DNA of 64,000 bases from a virus: positions 1 through 64,000 of the IMG/VR virus record IMGVR_UViG_3300035670_000033; one strand, 5' to 3'. The notes under the pieces were generated by a model. That model saw only the letters and a list, made by a program, of their open reading frames with translations. It ran no database searches and was not told the origin of the DNA. The translations under genes were made by a program, and so were the position numbers. Shown here in pieces: positions 28,200-38,371 of the stretch. The first letter of the stretch is position 1, and each line of letters opens with the position of its first letter.

Positions 28200-28354
28200 T
28201 TTGTCAGATTATCACAGTGATATCACGAGTGTTTCTTTTGAAAAACCATTTATGTTTTAATTCTTTACTTTTGTATTTGTTCTTGCCAAATAACAGTGCT
28301 TGACACAAGAAGAATAGTGTAGAAATATGTCATACTAGAAAGACAGGAGAACAC

Positions 28355-28651
28355 ATGACTAGTCCAGATAAGTCAAAGAAAGACCTGCTCAGCAAACTTT
28401 CGCAGATGTCTAAAACCGTTAGTGCACCATGCCCAATAGGGAAAATACATAAGCAATTAGACCCCGAAACACAAGTCGCGTTAATGAACGCACTTCAATC
28501 ACCAGCATCAAATTCGCAAATACACCGAGCCCTCATTGACGAAGGTTTCTCTATATCGCGAACAACCATCAACCAAAAACGAGGATGCTTCAGAGAAGGC
28601 GGGCATAAAGAATGCCAATGTTTCCCTAGCAACCTAGGAGCCTCAAAATGA
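28355..28651 (+). CDS. Hypothetical protein
   Basis: AGGAG RBS; coupled to the next gene. Confidence 0.6.
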   Translation: MTSPDKSKKDLLSKLSQMSKTVSAPCPIGKIHKQLDPETQVALMNALQSPASNSQIHRALIDEGFSISRTTINQKRGCFREGGHKECQCFPSNLGASK

Positions 28652-29856
28652 GCAAACTAAAGAACACGTTGACCGATATCGCCCTAGATGCGGACGGTCA
28701 TCCCAACGGTGATAAAGCATGGGCAACAGTTTCACCAGACGGCGGAGAGTTATCCACAGGGGCGATGCCTACAGAACTAGGCACAGATTGGGATACCGTT
28801 CTGAAAGGATTTGGACTAGATCCAAATATTTTTGAAATAGTAGATGACACAGTAAAAATGTCTAAATGGCAGTCATCTAAACGCCTAGAGAACGGCGACC
28901 GTGACCTTATTTGGCTTTACTCGTATAAGGCTAGATTCCGACGCAAAAGTCTTACAGGTTTAAACGAAGAACAAGTGACTGAGATCCGTAACTATGTTCA
29001 GAAATGGAAGCCTATAAACAAGCCGACCATCACCTCGTCCAAGGAGGCGGGTTCAACTTTGGTGGTTTGTTGGGCAGATCAACAGTTAGGTAAATCTGCT
29101 GGTGGCGGTGTAGATGCGACAGTTGAACGGATTCTTGATAGTTACACAGCAACGATTGAACGGGTTAAAGAACTTCGCAAGATCGGACGCAACATTGAGA
29201 AGATCGCCATTGTGAACATGGGTGACCCTGTGGAAGGGTGCGACGGTAACTATGCGAGCCAATTGTTCACGGTTGAACTTACCCAACGGGAGCAACTCCT
29301 TTTGGCGATAGACCTTTGGTCTCAGGGGATACGACAGTTGGCTTCTTTGGCTGAGGAGTCGGAGTTCATTTCTGTTCTTTGTAACCATGGTGAGTGGATG
29401 CGTCGTAACGGTAAGGCGGTGACTAGTGATTCTGACAATGTTGGTGGGTTTTTGGCTGACACGGTGAAGCGTATTGTTGAAGACCGACCAGAGTTAGATA
29501 AACTACAATGGAAAATACCGCACGACGAAATGGTTGTCACCTCCGTGCTATCAGGTATCAAAGTGGCGTTCCATCATGGTCACAAGATCAGTGGTAAAGA
29601 GGTTGAATGGTTGCGCGGGCAGTCAATCAAGATCCTTCGTGAAGAGGGCAGAGAGCCCGATATTTGGGTTACGGCGCACAGACATCACCTTCAGGTGCAA
29701 GATTTCGGACCTTGGTACCGTTTCCAATGCCCATCTAATGATGGTGGTTCTAAGTGGTATACGGATATGAGTGGTAACTGGTCTACACCGGGAACTCTTA
29801 CTTTCCTTGTTGGTAAGCATGACCCTAAGGGTTGGTCAGATATGGCTGTTCTCTGA
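28648..29856 (+). CDS. Calcineurin-like metallophosphoesterase/nuclease
   Basis: ADQQLG, MGDPVEG, CNHG, HHGH and AHRH metal-binding motifs. Confidence 0.75.
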   Translation: MSKLKNTLTDIALDADGHPNGDKAWATVSPDGGELSTGAMPTELGTDWDTVLKGFGLDPNIFEIVDDTVKMSKWQSSKRLENGDRDLIWLYSYKARFRRKSLTGLNEEQVTEIRNYVQKWKPINKPTITSSKEAGSTLVVCWADQQLGKSAGGGVDATVERILDSYTATIERVKELRKIGRNIEKIAIVNMGDPVEGCDGNYASQLFTVELTQREQLLLAIDLWSQGIRQLASLAEESEFISVLCNHGEWMRRNGKAVTSDSDNVGGFLADTVKRIVEDRPELDKLQWKIPHDEMVVTSVLSGIKVAFHHGHKISGKEVEWLRGQSIKILREEGREPDIWVTAHRHHLQVQDFGPWYRFQCPSNDGGSKWYTDMSGNWSTPGTLTFLVGKHDPKGWSDMAVL

Positions 29857-29901
29857 ACCGCAGCGGCGCGTCAGATAAACCTAAACGACAAGGACTTTGA
29901 T

Positions 29902-30186
29902 ATGACATTCACACCAAACTATGTAAGAGACGACATCCAAACATTCTTAGAAACCATAGATCAGGGAGTGCTCCTCGCGGACGGCTTTGAACATGCTTTC
30001 CTAGGAACAACACAACGCATCAACGAACCCCCATTAGCGGTGTACTCGTATCCTCTTATGGCTGAAACCTTAATGCTTCGTGACGGCATGTCTTATGAGG
30101 AAGCCGAAGAATACATAGAGTTCAATGTTGCTGGCGCATGGGTTGGTGAACAAACCCCCATCATTATTCATCCGATAAACCTGTAA
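29902..30186 (+). CDS. Conserved phage hypothetical protein
   Basis: LADGFEHAFLG...MSYEEAEEYIEFNVAGAWVGE.TP motif. Confidence 0.65.
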   Translation: MTFTPNYVRDDIQTFLETIDQGVLLADGFEHAFLGTTQRINEPPLAVYSYPLMAETLMLRDGMSYEEAEEYIEFNVAGAWVGEQTPIIIHPINL

Positions 30187-30188
30187 CC

Positions 30189-30812
30189 GTGACAACGATC
30201 GTAGGGATACAAGGAGACGGATACTGTCTCATAGCAGGAGACACCCGTATTACTTCGGTGGATAGCAACGGCATCGGATATCAGATCAACACTTTGAAAC
30301 CCGAAACATCCAAGATAGCGGTAAACGGCAAATATCTGATCGGTACAGCAGGAGACCTAAGAGCAATCAACCTGCTCACCCACACCCTCACACCACCAGT
30401 ATGCCCACCCACCCTAAGAGGCAAAAAACTTGATGAGTTCATCACAAACAAACTGATCCCCTCAATCCGACAAATGTTTGAACAAAACGGTTACACCGTC
30501 AACGAAACCAACACCAACAGCAACAAAGCCGAACATGACTCCGAAATGCTCATAGCAATCAACCAAACCATCTATCTCATAGACGGCGACTACTCATGGT
30601 TCACAGACACCACAGGAATCTATGCCCTCGGCACAGGAGCAGCATACGCCCTCGGAGCCCTACACAACATGCCACCAGCCAAAAACCCTGCCCAAGCCAA
30701 AAAACATGCCCTCAAAGCCCTAGCCACAGCATCCAAATACGACCCCAACACAGGCAACCCATACCACACCCACATCCAACAAACACAACAAAAAACGGAT
30801 AAACCTAAATGA
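30189..30812 (+). CDS. HslV/proteasome-beta-like Ntn protease
   Basis: MTTIVG (Thr1 nucleophile), AGDTRIT, GTAGD, LGTGAAYALGAL. Confidence 0.8.
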   Translation: MTTIVGIQGDGYCLIAGDTRITSVDSNGIGYQINTLKPETSKIAVNGKYLIGTAGDLRAINLLTHTLTPPVCPPTLRGKKLDEFITNKLIPSIRQMFEQNGYTVNETNTNSNKAEHDSEMLIAINQTIYLIDGDYSWFTDTTGIYALGTGAAYALGALHNMPPAKNPAQAKKHALKALATASKYDPNTGNPYHTHIQQTQQKTDKPK

Positions 30813-31123
30813 AACAACAACACCACAACCCCCAAAACGATACACAAACAAAACGCTGGCAAAACCAAGCAGCCTGCCGCGGAAAAACAAACCTCATGTT
30901 CCCCCAACACCACAAAGACATCACCTATATTCTCCAAGCACGAGAAATATGCGCACACTGCACCGTACGCCCACAATGCCTCAAAGAAGCCCTTGAATAC
31001 CACCCCATAGACATGCACGGAGTATGGGCAGGCTTAACAAGCAGACAACTAGCCGCAGAACAAAAACGCCAAGGCATCAAACCAAAACGCCCATCCATCT
31101 CCCAAATGTGGGATCTATCCTAA
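30809..31123 (+). CDS. whiB: WhiB-family transcription factor
   Basis: W...AAC...F...A..IC..C.VR.QC...GVWAG with four Cys. Confidence 0.92.
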   Translation: MKQQHHNPQNDTQTKRWQNQAACRGKTNLMFPQHHKDITYILQAREICAHCTVRPQCLKEALEYHPIDMHGVWAGLTSRQLAAEQKRQGIKPKRPSISQMWDLS

Positions 31124-31450
31124 GCAAACCCCACAAGTATCACAAAAAGAAGACCCCAAAACCTCAACAGGCTTCTTATCACAAGACGGCAAACCACAAG
31201 GCTCCAACCTTCTCTCACCCCGCAAATAAGCCACAACCCCAGACAAAGGCTCAACAGGATCCGAAACCTCCAACAAAGCCCGACCCTCCGCATCCCGAAC
31301 ACCATTCACAAGCAACAAGTTCACAAGTTTCTGAAACGACAACTCCTTCAACACAGCCAAATCCACCAAATCATTCTTCAACCACCCAGGAATCGGAACA
31401 GTCACATACACCGAATCCCCATCACGAGCACGCCTAGGCTCAAACCCCAT
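31115..31450 (-). CDS. Putative ribbon-helix-helix protein with C-terminal Zn finger
   Basis: VYVTVPIPGWLKNDL; CGLPSC...CDTC; ATG 31450 chosen as start. Confidence 0.5.
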   Translation of the reverse strand: MGFEPRRARDGDSVYVTVPIPGWLKNDLVDLAVLKELSFQKLVNLLLVNGVRDAEGRALLEVSDPVEPLSGVVAYLRGERRLEPCGLPSCDKKPVEVLGSSFCDTCGVCLG

Positions 31451-31625
31451 CAACACCACCCCAATCCCGAACCACCAACATCCCCAAATACTCACCAATA
31501 GACAAATCAAAAGCATCCGCCTGATCAACCATCAAATTCTTGATGTCTGCGTCTATTTTTATGGTTAGGGTTGTTTTTGTGTTTGGTTGTGCGCGGTGTG
31601 GTGGGCGTCCGTGTCGTTTTTTCAT
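31440..31625 (-). CDS. Ribbon-helix-helix DNA-binding protein
   Basis: GRPP AT-hook-like motif; LTIKIDADIKNLM...SIGEYL. Confidence 0.6.
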   Translation of the reverse strand: MKKRHGRPPHRAQPNTKTTLTIKIDADIKNLMVDQADAFDLSIGEYLGMLVVRDWGGVDGV

Positions 31626-31739
31626 TTTGGTTTGTCTCCGGCTGGTGGGTGTTTGGCATTTTTTCGGGCGATGATGATGCCGAGGAGTGTTCCGTGTGTG
31701 AGTCCGATGATGATGCCGTATATGTATTGGAGCATTATG

Positions 31740-32171
31740 TTATCCTGTTGTTGTATGTTGGTTGTAGGTTTGTTTGAAGTGTTCTCTGTCTGCGCCTGTG
31801 GTGAGGTTTAGTCCTACTATTCGGATTACTTGTTTAAGTTTTTCTGTGATGTGTGTGTCGGGTTGTGCTGTCCCTGAGTTGACGGTGTCTCGTATGTGGC
31901 AGTAGGTGTTCCATGCTTGTGTGGCGGTGGGTTCTGCGTCGGGTTGGGTTTGTTGCCAGTGTTCATGGACGGATCCTGGGGTGGGCAGGTAGCGTTCTGT
32001 TCTGTTTAGTTTAACTAAGACGGGTTCTAGTTGGTCGTATGGGCAGTCCTGTAGTACGAGATGCCAAGCCCTGTACACAAGTTTCCTCTGATCAGGATCA
32101 TTAGGCAACTCCTTGTTCCACAGCGTGTAAGCAAGATCTACTAGTTTCGTCGTATCGGCTTTACTGCTCAT
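31740..32171 (-). CDS. Putative helicase loader/inhibitor
   Basis: W..VLQDCPY...L...ERYLPTP pattern; directly follows the putative initiator. Confidence 0.5.
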   Translation of the reverse strand: MSSKADTTKLVDLAYTLWNKELPNDPDQRKLVYRAWHLVLQDCPYDQLEPVLVKLNRTERYLPTPGSVHEHWQQTQPDAEPTATQAWNTYCHIRDTVNSGTAQPDTHITEKLKQVIRIVGLNLTTGADREHFKQTYNQHTTTG

Positions 32172-32574
32172 CTAGGAACTCCTGTCGTGCGTCACGCTTC
32201 TCTGTCCGTTGTATGAAGCCTTCTATTTTGTCGGCGTCACGGAATATAAGATCTATACCGTTATATTTTTTTTGTTGCGGGTTGTCGCCCATATGGAATG
32301 GGGAGGATGCACAGCCGTCTATGGCGCGACAGGATGCTTCTATGCCGTAGTCGTGGATGGATGCGGCGATCTTGACTTTGCGGTCGTGATCTAGGACGGC
32401 ACGGGTGGAACCCATTGTCTTAACCCAATAGTCCCATACGATCTGTACCGCATCGTCGGAGATCCCTTTGGCTTTGGCGTTGCGTTGTTTGGTGGAGATC
32501 CGAGGTCGTTCCTGTTTAGGTTTATATGACTTGTTTACGCCACCGTTCGGATTGGGAAACATCTCTTCAACCAT
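32161..32574 (-). CDS. Putative replication initiator (replisome-organiser-like)
   Basis: VWDYW...R..KI...AIDG..SSPFHMG.N...Y..IDLIFRD..KIE motif of phage initiator C-terminal domains. Confidence 0.55.
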   Translation of the reverse strand: MVEEMFPNPNGGVNKSYKPKQERPRISTKQRNAKAKGISDDAVQIVWDYWVKTMGSTRAVLDHDRKVKIAASIHDYGIEASCRAIDGCASSPFHMGDNPQQKKYNGIDLIFRDADKIEGFIQRTEKRDARQEFLDEQ

Positions 32575-32899
32575 CAGACGAACTCTACACCCTTTTACTT
32601 AAAAGGTCAACACACGTTGCCAAAATCAATAACTATCTTTTCCCGGCCGGACCAGTTAGAGGAAGTTATATCAGTGGTATCAACGTTGATGAAAAACAAA
32701 AGGAACAAACACCAGTTAGTTAATAACTTTGGAGGGTTCGGGAACCTTTACCAAATCTTTTTTGGGGCGCGTGCAGCCGAAACAGGATCCGCGATTTTTG
32801 ACAATCGCAGATTAAGATTTGATTATTGATCGCGCGCGAAAGGTTGTATACGCCACCGTGCATCTTAGATGCTTATCTGCGCTTACTATTTTTTTCGTC

Positions 32900-33175
32900 G
32901 CAGTCCCGTGTGTGTGGTTGTAAAAGATAGCAGACCAACAGCCCCGCCGCACGCACGTTTCAAAAATAAACCACTAGTAACGTAATATTGTGTTCGCAAG
33001 TCCCGTCTACCCGCGGGTAACCACAACATGTTGTGGGTGCGGGATCGCGAAGCGGGGCTATCCCTAGAAATGTGCAGGCATGCAGGCGGGGCTATCAGGT
33101 GTTGATAGGGTGATAGTTATCGGCGGGGCTATGAAGACCCCCATCTGAAGGACTCGTCGTGGTAGCGGGGCTGGG
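32900..33175. other. Origin-like non-coding region with palindromes and 8-bp iteron-like repeats
   Basis: CCACAACATGTTGTGG palindrome at 33021-33036. AGYCCCG at 32902, 32940 and 32999 on its left; GCGGGGCT at 33052, 33086, 33123 and 33165 on its right. Confidence 0.5.
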
Positions 33176-33327
33176 CTGTGAACTTAACGTCGGGTTTAGT
33201 TGCACAGCCCGCCCGTTACTTATCTAGCAATCTTAGTTCAGGCTTTTTATAAGTTGGATGGTTACGCATTGAATGTGTGAGGTCGTTGTTTCCGCCACCG
33301 TTCAATTTGGATAACTTCTTTTTAGTT

Positions 33328-33720
33328 TTAGAACTCTTCTTCGGTGCCATCTTGATCCTCTTCTTTGATTGATTGTTCTAACGCCATCAGAATGGTGAAT
33401 GCTTCTGATCTTCGGATGATCGCGTTACTGGTCATGATCGGCCAGTCTTTGATTGGTGTTGCGAAACCTTCAAAGTGTTCTTGCATTCCTTCTTCTGTTC
33501 CACAGTCTGAACAGATCTCTACGGGTTTGTGTGCGTCTTGTCCTCGTGTGAGTCGTGAGATCGCCCCTATGTACTGTCCGTGATGCGCGTTTGATGGGAT
33601 TAGCCCCTCGCAACGCGGGCAGATGCCCATGTCTATTTGTTTTGAGTGGATTCTGTTCCAAGGTTTCATTTTGTTCTCGTTTCTTCTAGTGGTATATGTG
33701 GTTCTTTTTTGTTTTGCCAT
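33328..33720 (-). CDS. Zn-ribbon hypothetical protein
   Basis: CPRC...CSDC. Confidence 0.55.
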   Translation of the reverse strand: MAKQKRTTYTTRRNENKMKPWNRIHSKQIDMGICPRCEGLIPSNAHHGQYIGAISRLTRGQDAHKPVEICSDCGTEEGMQEHFEGFATPIKDWPIMTSNAIIRRSEAFTILMALEQSIKEEDQDGTEEEF

Positions 33721-33833
33721 CCGCAGATTTCTTCAAACCATTTGTCCATCCACGATGTCCGTGATGAATAGTTTACTTCTGTTATTTCCCATCCACAGTA
33801 TTTGCAGGTTCTCATGTTTGTATCCGCCACCGT

Positions 33834-35386
33834 TCAGTTTGGAATAGGGGTTTGTTCGTAAACCATGTATTCACCGTCGTTGTTGACTGCGATTCCTGTC
33901 ACCCAACTGTTGCGATGCTCTGATCCTGTCACACTGTACGGGTCGTCGCCGATCATGATGCGCGTTTTGTATACCGCGTTAGACATCGCCTCGTTCTCGT
34001 TTGGTGCTTCTACATCTGTTGTGACCATTGTTGTGACACGGTACTTTGCCATTACTTGTCCTCCATATATTTTTCTACTGCTTTGAGACCCGTGCTGATG
34101 AGAAGAGAGATCGGTAGGAACGCTGATGCCTGCTTACCGTAGGTGTCACCGTTCTTTTCCACTGACTCTGCGATCAGTCGTTCTATGACATCGCTGTTGA
34201 ATGCCACATAAACATCTTTGTCGCTGATCCCATACACCAACGGTTCTAGTTCGTCTTTCTCTGTGAACACTTCTGATGGTGCTGTAAGGAATGTGACAGT
34301 GGTTCCGTCTTCATGTTGCATTCGCATCATCACATCGTCGCTGTCTTCATCTAAAAATTCAAAATCGCTCATTTGTTTTCTTTCTGATGGCGTATACGCC
34401 ACCGTTCGGTTTGGATAAAGCCACTTCGTTTAGAAGTGGTAGTCCACGATCACGATCCACTGTGAGTCAGGGTCTTTTTCTAGTCGCTTGTTCAACCACT
34501 CAGGGTTGGGTGTGTATTCCACTGTGTCATAGAACATGGTGTCTGCTGAGTACTCTCTGTTGAGAACCTTGAATGCTCTTGTGACTCTGAAGACCGCGAG
34601 ACTTTCTTTCATGCGGTTATCTTTTTCTTCGTCTGTCATTTCTGCATACGGTTTCCCGTCGTAGTCTGCGAAGTCGTATTTACGGTTGGTGAGAATGTCT
34701 TTTAGAGACACATCTCCGTACTCGCTGACAACTTTGTCTATGGTTTCTTGTGTCCATCCGCACGCAACTTCTACGAGTTTCTTGAAACCCTCAGGGTCTT
34801 GTGTGTAGTTCGTTGCGACTTTCATGTCTTGGACACGATCGTCGTCCACGATTGAACACCAATCTGACCACTCTTGTGACTCTGCGAACTGTAGTGCTCT
34901 GCCTTTCGCGTCCACTTCGTCAAATGCTTCTACTGCTAAACGGTGATATGTGTGCATTTTGTTCTCCTTAGAATTGTCGTGAGTTCACAGGATCGCCCTG
35001 TGAGAATGTGAGTGCTGTGTAACCATCTTCGGACGGTGTATGAAACCCGTCTATGTTGTAATACCAACCGTCTAGGTCGCCTATGACGATCTGAGTGCTT
35101 TCGTCAAGACCTTCTAACGCCTTGATTAGTTGCCCGACGGTAAGAATGCCACCCGATGTTTCATTGAAGTCGTATGTTCCTAATCGCATTATGCAACCGC
35201 CTGTTCGGTGTCTATTTTTGTGCCGTACTGTTTTCCTAGTTTTATTGCGTCGCTGTCGTTACCGCCCTCTGCCCACTCTTGGTAGAGTGCGAGACCTGCT
35301 TCGTCAAGTGTTGAGACATCAACGATCACGCTGTGCCAAGTATTCGTAATTGTTCCGTCAAGGGTGTTGATTATCAACTTATCCAT
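33834..35386 (-). CDS. Run of five small hypothetical genes (33834..34052, 34052..34372, 34430..34957, 34968..35189, 35189..35386)
   Basis: Contiguous or coupled leftward ORFs, several with GGAG RBS; no family recognised. Confidence 0.6.
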
Positions 35387-35465
35387 TTTTAGTACTCCAA
35401 TTTCTAGTAGTTGTATTTATTGTAGCGGTTACAAAAATATTTTGCAACCTTCAGCGGTTGGGTTT

Positions 35466-35819
35466 TTACACCCGAACCGCCCTACTAAGGATCTCTGCCT
35501 CAATCTCTTTCACAGGACGAGGACTCCAATAACAATCACGCTCTACCGCAGGGACACCGCCAAAGACGCTGACCGCTTCTAGTTCGCTGTACGAGAAGTA
35601 CCCGTACTCCATCTCAAACCCGTCTACAAGACCCCAAAAGGTGTCTTCGCCGTCAAACTCAATCGCATACCAAGTCCACTGTGAATACGGTGAGAAGAAC
35701 TTGACCATTGCGATCGCTTCCTTTTCAGGGTGCTTCTCGCTGTTGTAGAGAGGAGGGAGAGTGTCCCTGATCTCTTGGGTCAAGAGTAAATGCTTCCGTT
35801 TTGCTCTCTGAGTTTCCAT
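35466..35819 (-). CDS. DUF2958-like protein
   Basis: VKFFSPYSQWTWYAIEFDGEDTFWGLVDGFEMEYGYFSYSEL signature. Confidence 0.75.
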   Translation of the reverse strand: METQRAKRKHLLLTQEIRDTLPPLYNSEKHPEKEAIAMVKFFSPYSQWTWYAIEFDGEDTFWGLVDGFEMEYGYFSYSELEAVSVFGGVPAVERDCYWSPRPVKEIEAEILSRAVRV

Positions 35820-36074
35820 TACTTGATCTCCTTGTAGTTTCCGTTTTTGGTTTCTTTTAGGTTTGTATAAATGATTACTTGCCCCTCGTTATCAACATCC
35901 ATGTCGCAACTAGGGATAAGTTTTTCTAACGCTTTACGCAACTTGTCACCGTCAATAGTTTTCATTATTGCTCCTCGCAATCGTGTCCGTACCAATAATC
36001 ATTCGCTTGATCTTCGTCGCGCATATCAAACACGCGATCGCATTCCGCACATTTCGCTTTCATGATTTTGCTCC

Positions 36075-36416
36075 TTAGTTTTCTAGTGTGACTGTTGTGT
36101 CTTTTACGAATGTTGTCCACGCTGAAGTGAACTCTTCTCCGTGCTTTGCAAACCCAATGATCTCGCCATGTGGGTCACGCTCAACAATGTGAATGAGTTG
36201 TGCCATGCGTGCTGTCGCTTGTGAGAGAAGATCGTATTCTTCTTCCCAAACATTTGCCACATAGTCGCCCCAAATCAAAACGAACTTGTTGAACATTTCG
36301 CTTTCAGGTTCGGTTTCAACAATGAACATCTCTGAGATGTCTGTACGCAACTCAAACAAAACATTTGAGTTCTTGTACTTCTCGTCTTCTACGATCCCTT
36401 GTTTTAGTAATGACAT
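36075..36416 (-). CDS. Hypothetical protein
   Basis: Own promoter (36467-36484) and AAGGAG RBS. Confidence 0.65.
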   Translation of the reverse strand: MSLLKQGIVEDEKYKNSNVLFELRTDISEMFIVETEPESEMFNKFVLIWGDYVANVWEEEYDLLSQATARMAQLIHIVERDPHGEIIGFAKHGEEFTSAWTTFVKDTTVTLEN

Positions 36417-36495
36417 TTTTTGCTCCTTGTTTAGTAGGTTTAGTTTCGGGTTTCCCCTTACCCATAATTATAGGTAAGGGGTGTAACACGGTTGT

Positions 36496-37113
36496 TTAGA
36501 CCGAAACGACGCTCAGTGCCTCTTTGCATTGGACTTCAATCGCTTCAAGTGTTTCTGTGACTTGCTCGTACATTGCGTCGTAGTCTTCGTCGTCTACGCC
36601 ACTCATGCTCGGGTATTCGCCCTCAATGTCTGCAACGATCTCGCCGTTGCGGAATGCGTAACCGCCACAGAACGCCATACCGCCCTCCTCGTAAGAGAGA
36701 ACGAAGTCAAGTGTTGGGAATTGCTTAGACACCCTGCGAATGCCCTCGCCGATCGGAGACCACGCTGACATGAAAGTCATGTTCAGTTCTGTTGGTGTGA
36801 TCGTTCCGAACACGCCATCAAAATCTGACCACTTAGAACCGTAGTTCGCACAATTCCAATCGTACCAATCTGCGTATCCGTACTTTGCTTTATTTGCTTT
36901 CTGCATTTCTTCCATCTGCTTTTGCTTTTCGGTTTCACCGAAAGAACCTTTTGGTGTTGCCGAAAGATCGGATGGTGTTGGTAACAGATTGTCAAGAATG
37001 CTGAACTCGTTATATGACTCACGATCGTCACCTTGAATGATCGCTTCATGGAAACGCTTGATTTCTTTTTCGTCACCTGAAACGGTGAGGTTGTTAGTGC
37101 AATAGTTTGGCAT
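36496..37113 (-). CDS. DUF1281/YubB-like protein
   Basis: MPNYCTNNLTVSG...WYDWNCANYGSKW...FMSAWSP...YEEGGMAFCG signature. Confidence 0.75.
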   Translation of the reverse strand: MPNYCTNNLTVSGDEKEIKRFHEAIIQGDDRESYNEFSILDNLLPTPSDLSATPKGSFGETEKQKQMEEMQKANKAKYGYADWYDWNCANYGSKWSDFDGVFGTITPTELNMTFMSAWSPIGEGIRRVSKQFPTLDFVLSYEEGGMAFCGGYAFRNGEIVADIEGEYPSMSGVDDEDYDAMYEQVTETLEAIEVQCKEALSVVSV

Positions 37114-37512
37114 TACTTCTCCTTGTTTAGTTAGGTTTATTTGCTTGCCCAATCAGTATGCCTCATGGGTGTAACACAGTTATTTTTAGTAGGGATTTTT
37201 TATTACTCTAACATTATATATAAGACAAAAACAAAAAGCAAGTATCGGATCAAAAAACTTGGAGCGATATTTAGAGCGATATTTAGTGCTAACCCGAGAT
37301 CAGATCACACACCCCAAAGCCCCCGATCGCTGTTGAGGTTTATATACGCCACCGTTCGGTTTAGATACAAGCAAACAACTCATGCTAAATAACAATCGTT
37401 GCAAACTAGACAGCCCCGCATCCCAACAGCCCACCCCGACAGCCCCGCCACTCGCGCGGAAGCGCGGGACTAATGCTCGCGAACAGTTGTTCGCTCAACT
37501 ACTATCGGGACT

Positions 37513-37899
37513 ATGACAATCTCCCGAACAGACAGATGGCAATATCGTTTCAATGCGCTCGTGCAATTCACCAACAGGACAGGTTCGTCGCTTGTTCCCG
37601 CAACACAAGTTGAGGTTTATGAGGGCAAGAATGTTGCGCTTGGTGCGTGGGTCGCATACAACCGTCAGCAATATCGTGCAGGAGAACTACCGATCGTGCG
37701 ACAACAAGCGTTAGAGCAACTTGCAGGTTGGCATTGGGAGAAGCAGAAACCTGGCAGACGCTACGACACGAAGCGAGACGCAGAGATCGCACAGCGTTAC
37801 AAGAGTGGCGAGCGTGTCGGACTGATCGCTGTTAGTTTCAATCTTTCACGGCAACGAGTTCATCAAATACTCAAGAAGGTTTCAACACCCAATGTCTGA
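37513..37899 (+). CDS. Helicase-associated (HA) domain plus sigma-4-like HTH protein
   Basis: WQYRFNAL.QF....G...VP......LGAWV...R..Y..G.L...R...LE.L..W (HA domain), then SFNLSRQRVHQI (HTH). Confidence 0.75.
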   Translation: MTISRTDRWQYRFNALVQFTNRTGSSLVPATQVEVYEGKNVALGAWVAYNRQQYRAGELPIVRQQALEQLAGWHWEKQKPGRRYDTKRDAEIAQRYKSGERVGLIAVSFNLSRQRVHQILKKVSTPNV

Positions 37900-38242
37900 T
37901 TTCAGTAACCATGACAAGCGTGATGCTTGGAAAAAGATGAGTGAGTGGTCTCACAGCATTCCTGATGATGAACTTGACAGTCTGTTTGTTGATGAAGATT
38001 GGGAAGACGAGTGGGCTAATCTTCCGCCCGTGTTGCGTGAAACACGCAGACAGGTATTCGGAAAGTTTATATTCGCTCTGTTTGGTTTATCTGTCGGCGT
38101 TGCTTTTGTGTCGTTCTTGTTGTATCAACTTGTTCAAGCGTTGGGTGTCACCGATCTAACTTTTCGTGAGTCTGTGATCGTCACATTGTGTGTTGCGTTC
38201 ATTCGTTACATTGACGCAGGAGTAATGAAACAGATCCGATAA
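37892..38242 (+). CDS. Two-TM membrane protein
   Basis: Two hydrophobic helices; coupled to the HA/HTH gene. Confidence 0.6.
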   Translation: MSDFSNHDKRDAWKKMSEWSHSIPDDELDSLFVDEDWEDEWANLPPVLRETRRQVFGKFIFALFGLSVGVAFVSFLLYQLVQALGVTDLTFRESVIVTLCVAFIRYIDAGVMKQIR

Positions 38243-38371
38243 ACACATCAGGACGCACTCTTGCGAGTGCGCCCTGAGCGGAGAAGCGAAAGGTGAAAGG
38301 AGAAGTCCTTTCGTTCCTCTAGCGGTAAAGAATAACATATGAGTTATATGTCATTCTGAAGCGATCAGGTT

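Noticed and set aside
31024-31437. 137-aa Pro/Gln/Thr-rich plus-strand ORF
   Set aside because: By-product of the A/C-rich tract opposite the real gene 31115..31450.
33052-33175. GCGGGGCT repeats as a guide-RNA (TIGR/CRISPR-like) mini-array
   Set aside because: Only four 8-9 bp repeats at unequal spacing (34, 37, 42), and no plausible effector protein nearby; recorded as iteron-like instead.
38270-38330. Possible hammerhead ribozyme (CTGAG...GAAA, hairpin GAAAGGA/TCCTTTC)
   Set aside because: The core CUGANGA is not matched; more likely a terminator-type hairpin between convergent genes.
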